Positions 31,247 to 44,524 of a stretch of 46,059 nt of DNA are shown in pieces. The DNA is from Betaproteobacteria bacterium (lineage in GTDB: Bacteria > Pseudomonadota > Gammaproteobacteria > Burkholderiales > SG8-41), in NCBI GenBank assembly GCA_016183675.1, contig JACPEF010000033.1:1-46059 (forward strand), written 5' to 3'. The notes below the pieces were generated by a model. The model was not told where the DNA came from. It did no database searches and worked only from the letters and a program-made list of their open reading frames with translations. Positions within the stretch are counted from its first letter, which is position 1, and each line of letters opens with the position of its first letter. A program made the translations under genes and the position numbers.

Positions 31247-32507
31247 AGAAGAAGCCGTCATGCCGTTGATCCGGAAGCAGTTGACCCGCCGGCAGTCGTG
31301 GATCGTTGTCGACGGCGGGGAGAGTCTGGCGCGTCGCGTCCCGGTGGCGCTCCACAAACTGCTCGACCTGCTCGCGATTCTCCTCCTGAAATACCGAGCA
31401 GGTCGCGTACAGCAATTTACCACCTCCGGCGAGCAACTGCCACAACGCATCCAGCATGCGGCTCTGCAGTTGCGCGAACTGCGCGATGTCGGCCGCGCGC
31501 CGCAGCCACTTGATGTCAGGGTGCCGCCGCGCCACGCCGGAGGCGCTGCACGGCACGTCGGCGAGGATGCGATCGAAGGGGCTGCCGTCCCACCAGCTCT
31601 CAGCCGCGCATGCGTCGCCGCACACGACCCGCGCCGCGAGCCCCAGGCGCGAGAGGTTGGCGCGCACGCGCTCCAGCCGCTGCGCGTCGCTGTCGAGCGC
31701 GACGAGATCCACCTCGGCGAGCTCGAGCACGTGGGTGCTCTTGCCGCCGGGCGCTGCGCACGCGTCGAGCACGCGCATGCCGTTGCGCAGATCGAGCAGC
31801 GGCGCCGCAAGCTGCGCCGCGACATCCTGCACCGACACCAGGCCCTCGGCCAGGCCCGGGATGCGCTCGGCCGGCAGCGGCGAGCCGAGCATCACTCCCG
31901 CGTCCCCGTGCGCCTCGCCCGCGACTCCTTGCTGCGCCAGCAGTGCAAGATAGTCCGCAGTCGTGATGCGGCGGCGGTTGACGCGCAGCGCGAGCGGCGG
32001 ATGCAGATTGTCGGCGTCCAGGACCGCGGCGTAATGCGACGGATACTGCGCGCGCAGCTTGTCGATCCACCACTGCGGATGGGAATAGCGCGCGGTCTCC
32101 GAACGCTGCGCGCGCGCGGCGATGGCGGCGCGGCCGCGCAGGAAGTTGCGCAGCACCGCGTTGGCGAGCCCTTTCGCCGAGGTGAGCCCCAGCGCTTCGC
32201 ACGCGCGCACGGCGTGATCCACGACCGCGTGCGGCGCGGCGCGCGTGTGCTCGAGCTGGTAGAGGGCGACGAGCAGCAGCGTGCGCAGCCGCGCGTCGCG
32301 CAACGGCTTCTCGAGCAGCTCCTCGAGCAGCGCCTCGAGCCGCCCCAGGAAGCGCAGCGTGCCGTAGGCAAGGTCCTGGATCGCGGCGCGTTCGCGCGCG
32401 CCGAGCTGCGCATGACGGCGCCATACTGCGCCGAACTCGGCGTCCAGGCTGCCCCCGGCGAGCACGCGCCCGACCAGGGCGGATGCGAGCCGCTGGACCT
32501 CAACCAT
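31224..32507 (-). CDS. rsmB: 16S rRNA (cytosine967-C5)-methyltransferase
   Basis: 427 aa with an N-terminal NusB-like region and the SAM-MTase motifs VLDACAAPGGKS and ILADVPCSASGV...GGKLLYATCS. It lies downstream of fmt. Confidence 0.9.
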   Translation of the reverse strand: MVEVQRLASALVGRVLAGGSLDAEFGAVWRRHAQLGARERAAIQDLAYGTLRFLGRLEALLEELLEKPLRDARLRTLLLVALYQLEHTRAAPHAVVDHAVRACEALGLTSAKGLANAVLRNFLRGRAAIAARAQRSETARYSHPQWWIDKLRAQYPSHYAAVLDADNLHPPLALRVNRRRITTADYLALLAQQGVAGEAHGDAGVMLGSPLPAERIPGLAEGLVSVQDVAAQLAAPLLDLRNGMRVLDACAAPGGKSTHVLELAEVDLVALDSDAQRLERVRANLSRLGLAARVVCGDACAAESWWDGSPFDRILADVPCSASGVARRHPDIKWLRRAADIAQFAQLQSRMLDALWQLLAGGGKLLYATCSVFQEENREQVEQFVERHRDATRQTLPAVDNDPRLPAGQLLPDQRHDGFFYALLRKA

Positions 32508-33426
32508 CGCCTGAACCGAAGCGCATACCGGGCGTGAGCTTGAAGCCCGAGAGGAAAGTCCGGGCGGGCAACCGCTTGCCTCCCGCGCGCTGCAATTCGG
32601 TGACGCGCAACGCGTCCGAGCCGCATGCGATCATGACCCCAGCCGCGTCCGCTGCGCAGATCTTCCCCGGTTCACCCGCCACTCCCGTTTCGGCGCGCGC
32701 GCGCCAGATCTTGAGCACCACGCCGCCGATCTGCGTCTGCGCGCCGGGCACGGGGTTGAACGCACGCACCTGGCGCTCGATGCTCACCGCCGGCTGCCGC
32801 CAATCGATCTCGGCGTCGCGCTTGGCGACGCGCGCGGCATAGGTGACGCCGCTCTCGCCCTGAGAACGCGGAGCCGGCGCCGAACCGAGCGCGCGCACGA
32901 TCAGTTCCGCGCCGAGCGCAGCGAGCTTGTCGTGCAGCGTGCCGGCGGTGTCGTCAACGGCGATCGGGATCGCCTCCTGGAGCAAGATCGGCCCGGTGTC
33001 GACGCCCTCGTGCATCTGCATGATCGTGACGCCGGTCACCGCGTCCCCCGCGAGCAGGGCGCGCTGGATCGGCGCCGCGCCGCGCCAGCGCGGCAGCAGC
33101 GAAGCGTGCACGTTGAGGCAGCCGCGCGGCGCCACACGCAGCAGCGCGCCCGGCAATATCAGCCCGTAGGCGGCGACCACGATCGCCTCGGGCGCAGCCG
33201 CGGTCACTGCGGCGAGAACGTCGGCGCGCTTGAGGGTGGGCGGCTGCATGACCCGCAGGCCGCGCCGTTCCGCCAGTCGCATCACCGCGGAGCGCTGCGG
33301 TGTGAGCCCGCGCCCGGCGGGACGGTCAGGCTGCGTCAGCACCAGCGTGACCTCGTGCCGCGCGGCGAGCAGGGCCTCCAGTGAGGCTGCGGCAAATTCG
33401 GGGGTTCCGGCGAAGGCGATTCTCAT
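32500..33426 (-). CDS. fmt: Methionyl-tRNA formyltransferase
   Basis: ORF trimmed to the ATG at 33424-33426: MRIAFAGTPEFAAASLEALL...NVHASLLPRWRGAAPIQRA. Confidence 0.95.
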   Translation of the reverse strand: MRIAFAGTPEFAAASLEALLAARHEVTLVLTQPDRPAGRGLTPQRSAVMRLAERRGLRVMQPPTLKRADVLAAVTAAAPEAIVVAAYGLILPGALLRVAPRGCLNVHASLLPRWRGAAPIQRALLAGDAVTGVTIMQMHEGVDTGPILLQEAIPIAVDDTAGTLHDKLAALGAELIVRALGSAPAPRSQGESGVTYAARVAKRDAEIDWRQPAVSIERQVRAFNPVPGAQTQIGGVVLKIWRARAETGVAGEPGKICAADAAGVMIACGSDALRVTELQRAGGKRLPARTFLSGFKLTPGMRFGSGDG

Positions 33427-33555
33427 CGTGGCGAGGCGCCGCCGAACGCGATGCCCGGCGTCAAGCGGCTCCCTGGGGCGCATTGACGGCCCGCCCCGCC
33501 GCGCTGTTCGAGGCTGGCCTGCGGGCAGCCCCCGGGCGGATGGGCTTGAAAGGAA

Positions 33556-34086
33556 TCAGAGCACAGGCCGGCCCGCCTCGGGCTGTGGCGCGCGGCGCCC
33601 CTGTTTCTTGAGCCTGGCGAGTATGCGCTGCTGCTTCAACCTTGAGAGATACTCGACAAACACCTTGCCCTCGAGATGATCCATCTCGTGCTGGATGCAC
33701 ACCGCGAGCAACCCCTCGGCTTGCAGCGTGAACGGGCTGCCGTCGCCGTCGAGCGCGCGCACTGTGATGCGTTCGGCCCGCCGTACCTTTTCGAAAACGC
33801 CGGGCACTGAAAGGCAACCCTCTTCGCGCTCCGCCTCACCGCTCGCGGCGGTGAGCTCGGGGTTGATGAACACGTTGAGCTGATCGCGGGTTTCCGAGAC
33901 ATCGATGATGATCACCCGTTTGTGGACGTCCACCTGTGTGGCGGCAAGCCCGACACCCGGGGCAGCATACATAGTGTTGGCCATGTCCTTGATTAGTTTA
34001 CGAATCCCACCATCAACTCGCTCCACCCTCGCGGCCACCTTGTGCAGGCGCCGGTCGGGATAACGCAAAATGTGCAAAAGTGCCAT
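33556..34086 (-). CDS. def: Peptide deformylase
   Basis: 176 aa with the [14 protein letters not shown] and QHEMDH motifs. Confidence 0.95.
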   Translation of the reverse strand: MALLHILRYPDRRLHKVAARVERVDGGIRKLIKDMANTMYAAPGVGLAATQVDVHKRVIIIDVSETRDQLNVFINPELTAASGEAEREEGCLSVPGVFEKVRRAERITVRALDGDGSPFTLQAEGLLAVCIQHEMDHLEGKVFVEYLSRLKQQRILARLKKQGRRAPQPEAGRPVL

Positions 34087-34193
34087 GGAAAAGCTTGCTA
34101 ATTTAATCAGCTAGATGCAGAATTTAAAGCAATATCTCGGGCGCAGTTCCGCAGGCGGGGCTGCGCCTCTTAGTCTGTTCGTGGGGGCGTTAC

Positions 34194-35339
34194 ATGGGTA
34201 AAGCAATTATATCCCTGATTTTGCTGCTGACTCCGCTCGGGGGGGCGCTTGCCGCCGAGGCCTCGGCACTGAAGGACGACGCGCCGGATCGCTATGTCGT
34301 GGTCCCCGGGGACACGCTTTGGGGCATCTCCGGGCGCTTCCTCAAGGACCCTTGGAAATGGCCCGAGCTCTGGAAGATGAACCAGGACCAGGTCAAGAAC
34401 CCCCACCGCATTTACCCCGGCAATGTGCTGGTGCTCGACCGCTCGACGCGGGAAGCGCAGTTGCGCGTGGAGCAAGCGCCCACCGTCAAGCTCTCGCCGA
34501 AGGTGCGCGTTGAGCCGCTCGCAGACCGGGCGGTTCCGACCATTCCGCCGTCGGCCATCGAGGCGTTCCTGTCCAAGCCCCTGGTGGTCGGCCGTGAGGA
34601 GTTCGACGGCACGGCCATGATCCGCGCGACCGAGGAGAATCGCGTGGCGATCGGCGCCGGCAACCTCGCCTATGCGCAAGGCGTCACCCAGGACCAGGGC
34701 GAGGTGTGGCACGTCGTCCGTCGCGCGAACGCCCTGATCGACCCTGACACCGGTGAGACACTGGGCTATGAGGTGTTTTATCTGGGTGAAGCGCGCGTAC
34801 GAAAGTTCGGCGAGCTGAGCACGATCGAGATCACCAAGTCGACGCGGGAGATCCATGCCGGCGACCGTCTGCTGCCTGCGTCCAAGGAACAGCCCACCTT
34901 CTCTTACGTTCCGCGCGCGCCGCAAAAGCCGGTGCGCGGCCGCATCGTCTCGGCCTACGGCAATCTCGGAGAAACCGGCCCGGCGGGCATCGTCGCGCTG
35001 TCCAAGGGCAGCCGCGACGGCCTCGAAGTGGGGCACGTGCTCGCCATCTATCGCAGCCAAACCACCGCGCGCTACGAGTTGCGGACCTCGGCGCTCTTCG
35101 GGCGTCAGGGGTTGAGCGGGAACGATTCACCGCGCCCGTATTACGGCGCCGAGATCACGCCGCGCGACGCGCCGGTCTATCCCAGCCCGCGACCGATCAG
35201 CGAGGCCGATATCGCCAAGCTGCCCGACGAGCGCTACGGCCTGGTCATGATCTTCCGGACCTTTGACCGCGCCGCCTACGGCCTCGTCATGCAGGCTTCG
35301 CGCCCGGTGGCGCTCTACGACGTCGTCACCAACCCCTGA
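34194..35339 (+). CDS. LysM domain-containing exported protein
   Basis: 381 aa with a signal peptide, followed by the LysM motif YVVVPGDTLWGISGRFLKDPWKWPELWKMN...IYPGNVLVL. It sits at the usual position between def and dprA. Confidence 0.85.
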   Translation: MGKAIISLILLLTPLGGALAAEASALKDDAPDRYVVVPGDTLWGISGRFLKDPWKWPELWKMNQDQVKNPHRIYPGNVLVLDRSTREAQLRVEQAPTVKLSPKVRVEPLADRAVPTIPPSAIEAFLSKPLVVGREEFDGTAMIRATEENRVAIGAGNLAYAQGVTQDQGEVWHVVRRANALIDPDTGETLGYEVFYLGEARVRKFGELSTIEITKSTREIHAGDRLLPASKEQPTFSYVPRAPQKPVRGRIVSAYGNLGETGPAGIVALSKGSRDGLEVGHVLAIYRSQTTARYELRTSALFGRQGLSGNDSPRPYYGAEITPRDAPVYPSPRPISEADIAKLPDERYGLVMIFRTFDRAAYGLVMQASRPVALYDVVTNP

Positions 35340-35412
35340 TCCTGTGACACCGATTCCGCCTCGCGCCCGGTAGCCTCTACGCGCCGTGCGCGGCGCGGCT
35401 CGCCGGCCCGCC

Positions 35413-36504
35413 ATGCCCCTTGACGAGGAGCTTGCTGCATGGCTCAGGCTGAGCCTGACGCCGGGCCTTGGCGGGGACGGTCTGCGCCGCCTCCTCGCGG
35501 CGTTTGGTAACCCCGAGGCGGTGCTCTCGGCAAGCCGGGCTGCGCTCGCGCGCCAGGTGCCCGACGCCCTGGCTGCCGAGATCCGGCGGGGCGTGTCGGA
35601 TGATGCCCTGGCCGCCGTCAGCAGGTGGGTGGGGGATCCCGCCAACCACGTTGTCACTCTCGCCGATACGCATTATCCGCAACTGCTGCTGCAGATCCCC
35701 GATCCACCGCCGCTCCTCTACCTCAAGGGCCGTCCCGAGCTGCTCGCGCAGCCGGCGCTCGCGATCGTCGGCAGCCGTAACGCGACCGCACAGGGCGCGG
35801 CCGATGCCGAAGCGTTCGCCAGGACTCTGAGCGATGCGGGACTCACCATCGTGAGCGGCCTCGCGCTGGGCATCGACGCCGCGGCGCATCGCGGCGGGCT
35901 TGCGGGCGCCTCGAGCAGCATCGCGGTCTTGGGCACCGGCGCTGATCTCATTTACCCTGCGCGCAACCGCGCCCTCGCCCATGAGCTCGCCGCGCGTGGC
36001 GCCCTCGTTTCCGAGTTTCCGCTCGGCACCCGGCCCATCGCCGGCAATTTCCCGCGGCGCAACCGCCTGATCAGCGGGCTCGCCTTGGGGTGCCTGGTGG
36101 TGGAAGCCGCGGCCGAAAGCGGCTCCTTGATCACGGCGCGTCTGGCCGGCGAACAGGGCAGGGAGGTATTCGCGGTTCCGGGCTCGATACACTCGCCCCT
36201 TTCCAAAGGCTGTCATGCGCTGATCAAGCAGGGCGCAAGAATGGTCGAAAGCGCACAGGATATTCTCGAAGAACTGCGTTTCCCGCTGCCCCGGGAGTCA
36301 CCGCCAGCGGAGTCCGCGCCCCCGAGCGACGCGCGCGCTCGACGGCTGCTCCACGCGCTGGGCGACGCTCCGTGCGATCGCGACACGCTCGCCGCGCGCA
36401 GCGGCCTCACACCCGCCGAGATCGGCGCCCTGCTCACCCAACTCGAGCTCGAGGGGCTGGTCGCAGCGTTGCCCGGCGGGCGGGTGCAGCGCGTGCACCG
36501 CTGA
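35413..36504 (+). CDS. dprA: DNA-processing protein DprA
   Basis: ORF 35386-36504 trimmed to the ATG at 35413 (MPLDEELAAWLRLSLTPGLG...). GSRNATAQG...SGLALGIDAAAHRG...VVEAAAESGSLITAR matches the DprA Rossmann-like core. Confidence 0.9.
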   Translation: MPLDEELAAWLRLSLTPGLGGDGLRRLLAAFGNPEAVLSASRAALARQVPDALAAEIRRGVSDDALAAVSRWVGDPANHVVTLADTHYPQLLLQIPDPPPLLYLKGRPELLAQPALAIVGSRNATAQGAADAEAFARTLSDAGLTIVSGLALGIDAAAHRGGLAGASSSIAVLGTGADLIYPARNRALAHELAARGALVSEFPLGTRPIAGNFPRRNRLISGLALGCLVVEAAAESGSLITARLAGEQGREVFAVPGSIHSPLSKGCHALIKQGARMVESAQDILEELRFPLPRESPPAESAPPSDARARRLLHALGDAPCDRDTLAARSGLTPAEIGALLTQLELEGLVAALPGGRVQRVHR

Positions 36505-36549
36505 TGCCGTGATTTTGATCACTGGTCCCCGCCCGGCGTCGCGGCTCGC

Positions 36550-36578
36550 TTGCCTAGACAAATTTTTGTTCTTATCAT
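36550..36578 (+). promoter_or_regulatory. Candidate sigma-70 promoter for topB
   Basis: TTGCCT (36550-36555), then 17 nt, then TATCAT (36573-36578), about 40 nt upstream of the topB ATG. This is pattern match only. Confidence 0.25.
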
Positions 36579-36618
36579 CTTGCGCTCTTTTTGACGCGCG
36601 CACGGATACGCTGCGTTC

Positions 36619-39099
36619 ATGGGAAAACGGCTAATCATCGCGGAAAAACCTTCGGTCGCCGCCGACATCGCGCGCGCGCTCGGCGGCTTCGCACGGCAAG
36701 GCGATTACTACGAGAGCGAGCGCTACGTGCTGAGCTCGGCCGTCGGCCACCTGCTCGAGCTGCAGGCGCCCGAAGAGCACGACCCGCGTTCGGGGCGCTG
36801 GACGTTCAGGCACCTGCCCGTGATCCCGCCGAAGTTCGGGCTCGCTCCGATCGACGACAAGAGCGGCTCGCGGCTGAACCTCGTGCTCAAGCTGATGAAG
36901 CGCAAGGAGGTGACCGGGCTCATCAATGCCTGCGACGCCGGCCGCGAGGGGGAGCTCATCTTCCGTTACATCGCCCAGTACGCCAAGACGGTGAAGCCGA
37001 TCGAGCGTTTGTGGCTGCAGTCGATGACGCCCTCCGCGATCCGCGAGGGCTTTGCAAGCCTCCGTCCCGACCAGGAGCTGCTGGCGCTAGCGGACGCGGC
37101 GCGCTGCCGCTCGGAGGCCGACTGGCTGGTCGGCATCAACGGCACGCGCGCGATGACTGCCTTCAACAACCGGGTGAGCGAGAGCGGCTTCTACAAGACG
37201 ACCGTCGGCCGCGTGCAGACGCCCACGCTCGCCATACTCGTCGAGCGCGAGGAACGCGTCCGCGGCTTCCGGCCGCGCGACTACTGGGAGGTCCACGCGC
37301 GCTTTGCGGCCAAGGCCGGCGAGTATGGCGGCCGCTGGTTCGATCCCCGGTTCAGGAAGGACGAAGACCTGCTGTTCGACCTCACCAGCCTGCAGCGGGA
37401 GGCGAACGCTCGCTTTGGTTTCTCGGCGAAGAGCACGCTCGCGCTGGCGCAGGCGCTCTATGAAAGGCACAAGGTCCTCACCTATCCGCGGACCGACTCG
37501 CGCGCCCTGCCCGAGGACTATCCGGGCACCGTCAAGAAGGCGATGGAGATGCTCTCCGGCTTGCGGGAGTACGCGCCGTTCGCCAAGAGCATTGTGAGGA
37601 GCGGGTGGGTCAGGCCCAACAGGCGCATCTTCGATAATGCGAAGGTGAGCGATCACTTCGCCATCATTCCGACGCTGCAGCTGCCCAAGCATCTGCACGA
37701 GGCCGAGCACAAGCTCTACGACCTCGTGGTGCGGCGGTTTCTCGCGGTGTTCTATCCGGCGGCCCAATACCTGCAGACCACCCGCCTCACCCAAGTGGGA
37801 GCGCAGCTCTTTCGCACCGACGGGCGCATCCTGCAGAACCCCGGCTGGCTGGCCGTCTACGGCAAGTCCGCGCAAGAGGAGAGCGAAAACCTCCCGCCCG
37901 TGGCCGCCGGCGAAAAGGTGGAGGTGCTGGAGGCGAGCGCCATCCCCAATCAAACCAAGCCGCCCGCGCGCTACACCGAGGCAACGCTGCTCTCCGCAAT
38001 GGAGGGCGCGGGCAAGCTCGTAGAGGACGACGAGCTGCGCGCCGCGATGGAAGCGAAGGGGCTCGGCACCCCCGCCACGCGCGCGGCCATCATCGAGGGC
38101 CTCATCTACGAAGATTACGTACACCGCAACCTGAAGGAACTGGTGCCGACGCCGAAGGCGTTCTCGCTGCTCTTCGCGCTCAAGCACTTCGGCGTCACGG
38201 AAATCACCTCCCCCGAGCTCACCGGCGACTGGGAGCACAAGTTGAAGCTCATGGAAGCGGGGAGGCTGCGCCGCGCGGAGTTCATGGACCACATCGAGCA
38301 GGTCACGCGCGATCTCGTGCAACGCATCAAGAAAGGCGACATCCCGGACGAAGCCTACGCCACCGTCGAAGCCCCGTGTCCCAGGTGCGGCGGCGTCGTG
38401 CAGGAGAATTACCGCAAGTTCCAGTGCCAGTCGTGCGAGTTTTCGCTGTGGAAGGTGACCGCGGGTCGCGAGTGGGCCCCCGAAGAGGTCGCGGCGCTCA
38501 TCACCACGCGCTTCGTCGGCCCGCTCACCGGATTTCGCAGCCGCATGGGCAGGCCCTTCGCTGCCGGCATCCGCCTCACCGACGACTTCCGGGTCCAGTT
38601 CGACTTCGGCCATGCCCGGCCGGAGGACGAAACCGAGGGCGCGCCCGATTTCAGCGGGCAGGAAAGCCTCGGCGCCTGTCCGAAGTGCGGCGCGCGGGTG
38701 TTCGAGCACGGCGCCGCCTACGTGTGCGAGAAGGCGGTCGGTCCCAAGCGCAGCTGCGATTTCCGCTCCGGCAGGATGATCTTGCAGCAGCCGATCGAGC
38801 GCGCGCAGATGAAAAAGCTGCTCGCCACGGGCCGCAGCGATCTCATGTCGCGGTTTATTTCGAAGAAGGGCCGGCGCTTCAAGGCTTATCTGGTGAAGAC
38901 GGCCGGTGGAAAGGTCGGCTTCGAGTTCGAGGCGCGCCCCGCGCGCGCCACCCCCGGGGCGGCCCTTGCCAGGGCGCCCCGCCAGCAGCCCGCCGGCCCC
39001 GCAGCGCCTGCAGCCGCAAAGCGCGCCCGGTCGGCCGCCAAGCCGGCGCGCGGCTCTGCGCTCGCCCCGTCGAAAAAGGTAAAGCGGAAGGTTGCCTAG
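36619..39099 (+). CDS. topB: DNA topoisomerase III with a C-terminal zinc-ribbon and basic tail; apparent internal in-frame deletion
   Basis: 826 aa: MGKRLIIAEKPSVAADIARAL, DAGREGELIF, VGRVQTPTL, LTYPRTDSRALPEDY (catalytic Tyr region) and CPRCGG...CQSC...CPKCG zinc ribbons. The segment between RWFDPRFRKDED and LLFDLTSLQ is about 40 aa shorter than in E. coli TopB. Confidence 0.88.
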   Translation: MGKRLIIAEKPSVAADIARALGGFARQGDYYESERYVLSSAVGHLLELQAPEEHDPRSGRWTFRHLPVIPPKFGLAPIDDKSGSRLNLVLKLMKRKEVTGLINACDAGREGELIFRYIAQYAKTVKPIERLWLQSMTPSAIREGFASLRPDQELLALADAARCRSEADWLVGINGTRAMTAFNNRVSESGFYKTTVGRVQTPTLAILVEREERVRGFRPRDYWEVHARFAAKAGEYGGRWFDPRFRKDEDLLFDLTSLQREANARFGFSAKSTLALAQALYERHKVLTYPRTDSRALPEDYPGTVKKAMEMLSGLREYAPFAKSIVRSGWVRPNRRIFDNAKVSDHFAIIPTLQLPKHLHEAEHKLYDLVVRRFLAVFYPAAQYLQTTRLTQVGAQLFRTDGRILQNPGWLAVYGKSAQEESENLPPVAAGEKVEVLEASAIPNQTKPPARYTEATLLSAMEGAGKLVEDDELRAAMEAKGLGTPATRAAIIEGLIYEDYVHRNLKELVPTPKAFSLLFALKHFGVTEITSPELTGDWEHKLKLMEAGRLRRAEFMDHIEQVTRDLVQRIKKGDIPDEAYATVEAPCPRCGGVVQENYRKFQCQSCEFSLWKVTAGREWAPEEVAALITTRFVGPLTGFRSRMGRPFAAGIRLTDDFRVQFDFGHARPEDETEGAPDFSGQESLGACPKCGARVFEHGAAYVCEKAVGPKRSCDFRSGRMILQQPIERAQMKKLLATGRSDLMSRFISKKGRRFKAYLVKTAGGKVGFEFEARPARATPGAALARAPRQQPAGPAAPAAAKRARSAAKPARGSALAPSKKVKRKVA

Positions 39100-39117
39100 C
39101 CTCGTGAAACGTCCAGG

Positions 39118-42668
<3,551 letters not shown>

Positions 42669-42670
42669 GG

Positions 42671-42849
42671 TTTATCTATGTTTATCAGTAATAGAACTAA
42701 TAACGTCGCTTGAGCACTGTGGGTAAGTGCAAAACTCTCATGCGATCAATGCGCATTAGTCCGCAAGCGGTGTGCACATGAAGGTCGATGATGTGTGGGC
42801 GGTTTGTGGACAAAAAACCCTGTGTCGCTCTCTCGGCTGCTTATCCACA
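42671..42849. promoter_or_regulatory. DnaA-box cluster plus AT-rich tract in the dnaA-dnaN spacer
   Basis: There is a perfect TTATCCACA at 42841-42849. One-mismatch boxes lie on the other strand at 42805-42813 (TTGTCCACA) and 42718-42726 (TTACCCACA). An AT-rich GTTTATCTATGTTTATCAGTAATAGAACTAATAA lies at 42670-42703. Confidence 0.5.
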
Positions 42850-42865
42850 ACTCCGACGGCGTTGG

Positions 42866-44197
42866 TCAACTCCGTAGTACTTTCAGCAGCGAGTTGAAGT
42901 CGCGCGTCAGGTCGCTGTTCGTGGACTTGAGCAGCGTGACCTTGCGGCAAGCGTGCAGCACGGTGGTGTGGTCCCGGCCGCCGAAGGCCTCGCCGATGTC
43001 GGGGAGGCTCAACTGGGTGAGCTCCTTGGCGAGGGCCATGGCGATCTGGCGCGGGCGCGCGACGTTGCGGCTGCGTTTCTTGGAGTACATCTCAGAGACC
43101 TTGATTTTGTAGTAGTCGGCCACGGTCCTCTGGATGTTCTCGATCGACACCTGGCGATGCTGGATGGCCAGGAGGTCGCGCAGCGCGTCGCGGCACACCT
43201 CGACCGAAAGCGCATGCCCGGTGAACCTCGCGTACGCGAGCACGCGCTTCAGGCCGCCCTCCAGTTCGCGCACGTTGGATTGGATGTGCTTGGCAATGAA
43301 GAAAGCAATCGCCTCGTCTAGCTTGACGCTCTCCGCCTCGGCTTTCTTGAGGAGGATCGCGACGCGCATTTCGAGCTCCGGCGGATCGACCGCGACGGTG
43401 AGGCCCCAGCCGAAGCGGGAAATCAAGCGGTTTTCGATGCCGGCGATTTCCTTGGGGTAGGTGTCGCAGGTGATCACCACCTGCCGGTGGGCCTCGATCA
43501 GCGCGTTGAATGCGTAAAAGAACTCCTCTTGGGTCCGGCTCTTGCCGCTGAAGAACTGGATATCGTCTATGAGCAGCAGATCCAGCGAATGGTAATAGCG
43601 CTTGAAATCGTCGAACGCCTTATGCTGGTAGGCGCGAACCACGTCGGAGACATACCGCTCGGCGTGGATGTAGCGGATCTTGGTCTCGGGCGAACGCGCG
43701 CGCAGATGGTTGCCGATCGCCTGGATGAGATGGGTCTTGCCCAGACCCACACCGCCGTAGATAAAAAGGGGGTTGTAGGCTGCACCCGGCCGCTCCGCGA
43801 CCTGTATGGCAGCCGCGCGTGCAAGCTCGTTCGCCTTGCCGGTCACGAAGGTGTCAAACGTGAACGCGGGATTGAGCCGGGAAATCTCGCGGCTGCTCGG
43901 CTTGGCGCCACCGCTCTCAGCCACTTGGGCCGCGCGCTCAGCCTGCGGCACCGCATGTTCCTTCTCAGCGAGGACGAGGCGCACCTCGACGGGCCGCTTG
44001 AGTTGCTCCTGCGCCAGCTGCTCGATGCGCGCCAGGAACTTGTCGCGTATCCACTGCTGCACGAAGCGGTTGGGCGCCACCAGCGTGAGCGCATTGCCAT
44101 CGGCGCGCGGCCGCAGCGGCTTGATCCAGGTTTTGAACTGCTGAGGCGGAAGTTCCTTCTCGAAGTGGGCCAGACAGAAGCGCCAGAAGCTGTTCAT
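42866..44197 (-). CDS. dnaA: Chromosomal replication initiator DnaA
   Basis: 443 aa: [25 protein letters not shown], and the C-terminal DNA-binding region [15 protein letters not shown]. Confidence 0.97.
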   Translation of the reverse strand: MNSFWRFCLAHFEKELPPQQFKTWIKPLRPRADGNALTLVAPNRFVQQWIRDKFLARIEQLAQEQLKRPVEVRLVLAEKEHAVPQAERAAQVAESGGAKPSSREISRLNPAFTFDTFVTGKANELARAAAIQVAERPGAAYNPLFIYGGVGLGKTHLIQAIGNHLRARSPETKIRYIHAERYVSDVVRAYQHKAFDDFKRYYHSLDLLLIDDIQFFSGKSRTQEEFFYAFNALIEAHRQVVITCDTYPKEIAGIENRLISRFGWGLTVAVDPPELEMRVAILLKKAEAESVKLDEAIAFFIAKHIQSNVRELEGGLKRVLAYARFTGHALSVEVCRDALRDLLAIQHRQVSIENIQRTVADYYKIKVSEMYSKKRSRNVARPRQIAMALAKELTQLSLPDIGEAFGGRDHTTVLHACRKVTLLKSTNSDLTRDFNSLLKVLRS

Positions 44198-44277
44198 CGG
44201 CGTCGCGTTGGAGTTGGAATTCGGACCCGGACGAAGATGCGTTTTTCAACCTCGGATTTTATCCTTTTCGGGGGCAG

Positions 44278-44286
44278 TTATCCACA
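44278..44286 (+). promoter_or_regulatory. Perfect DnaA box in the dnaA-rpmH divergent spacer
   Basis: TTATCCACA at 44278-44286, with a partial TTATCCTTT at 44259-44267. Confidence 0.55.
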
Positions 44287-44329
44287 GCTTTCGGCGCTGG
44301 GCGCCGCGTTTTTCGCGCCCGTGAGGAGG

Positions 44330-44359
44330 TTGACATAGCGGTGCGTTAAAGGTTGTAAT
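44330..44359 (+). promoter_or_regulatory. Candidate sigma-70 promoter of rpmH
   Basis: TTGACA (44330-44335), then 18 nt, then TGTAAT (44354-44359), about 30 nt upstream of the rpmH ATG. Confidence 0.45.
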
Positions 44360-44389
44360 AGCGCGCTTTTCGAGAGCGGGGCCAGGCCA

Positions 44390-44524
44390 ATGAAACGGAC
44401 TTATCAGCCGTCGGTGACGCGCCGCAAGCGCACCCACGGCTTTCGCGCACGCACGCGCACCCGCGGCGGGCGTGGGGTGCTGCGGGCGCGCCGTGCGAAA
44501 GGCCGCGCGCGGTTGAGCGTCTGA
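44390..44524 (+). CDS. rpmH: 50S ribosomal protein L34
   Basis: This ORF was too short to be listed in the track. It translates [44 protein letters not shown]-stop (44 aa). Confidence 0.95.
   Translation: MKRTYQPSVTRRKRTHGFRARTRTRGGRGVLRARRAKGRARLSV

Noticed and set aside
39100-39117. Short hairpin AGCCT...AGGCT between the convergent topB and gyrB stops, as a bidirectional terminator.
   Set aside because: The stem is only 5 bp with a 12-nt loop and there is no U-run, which is too weak to call.
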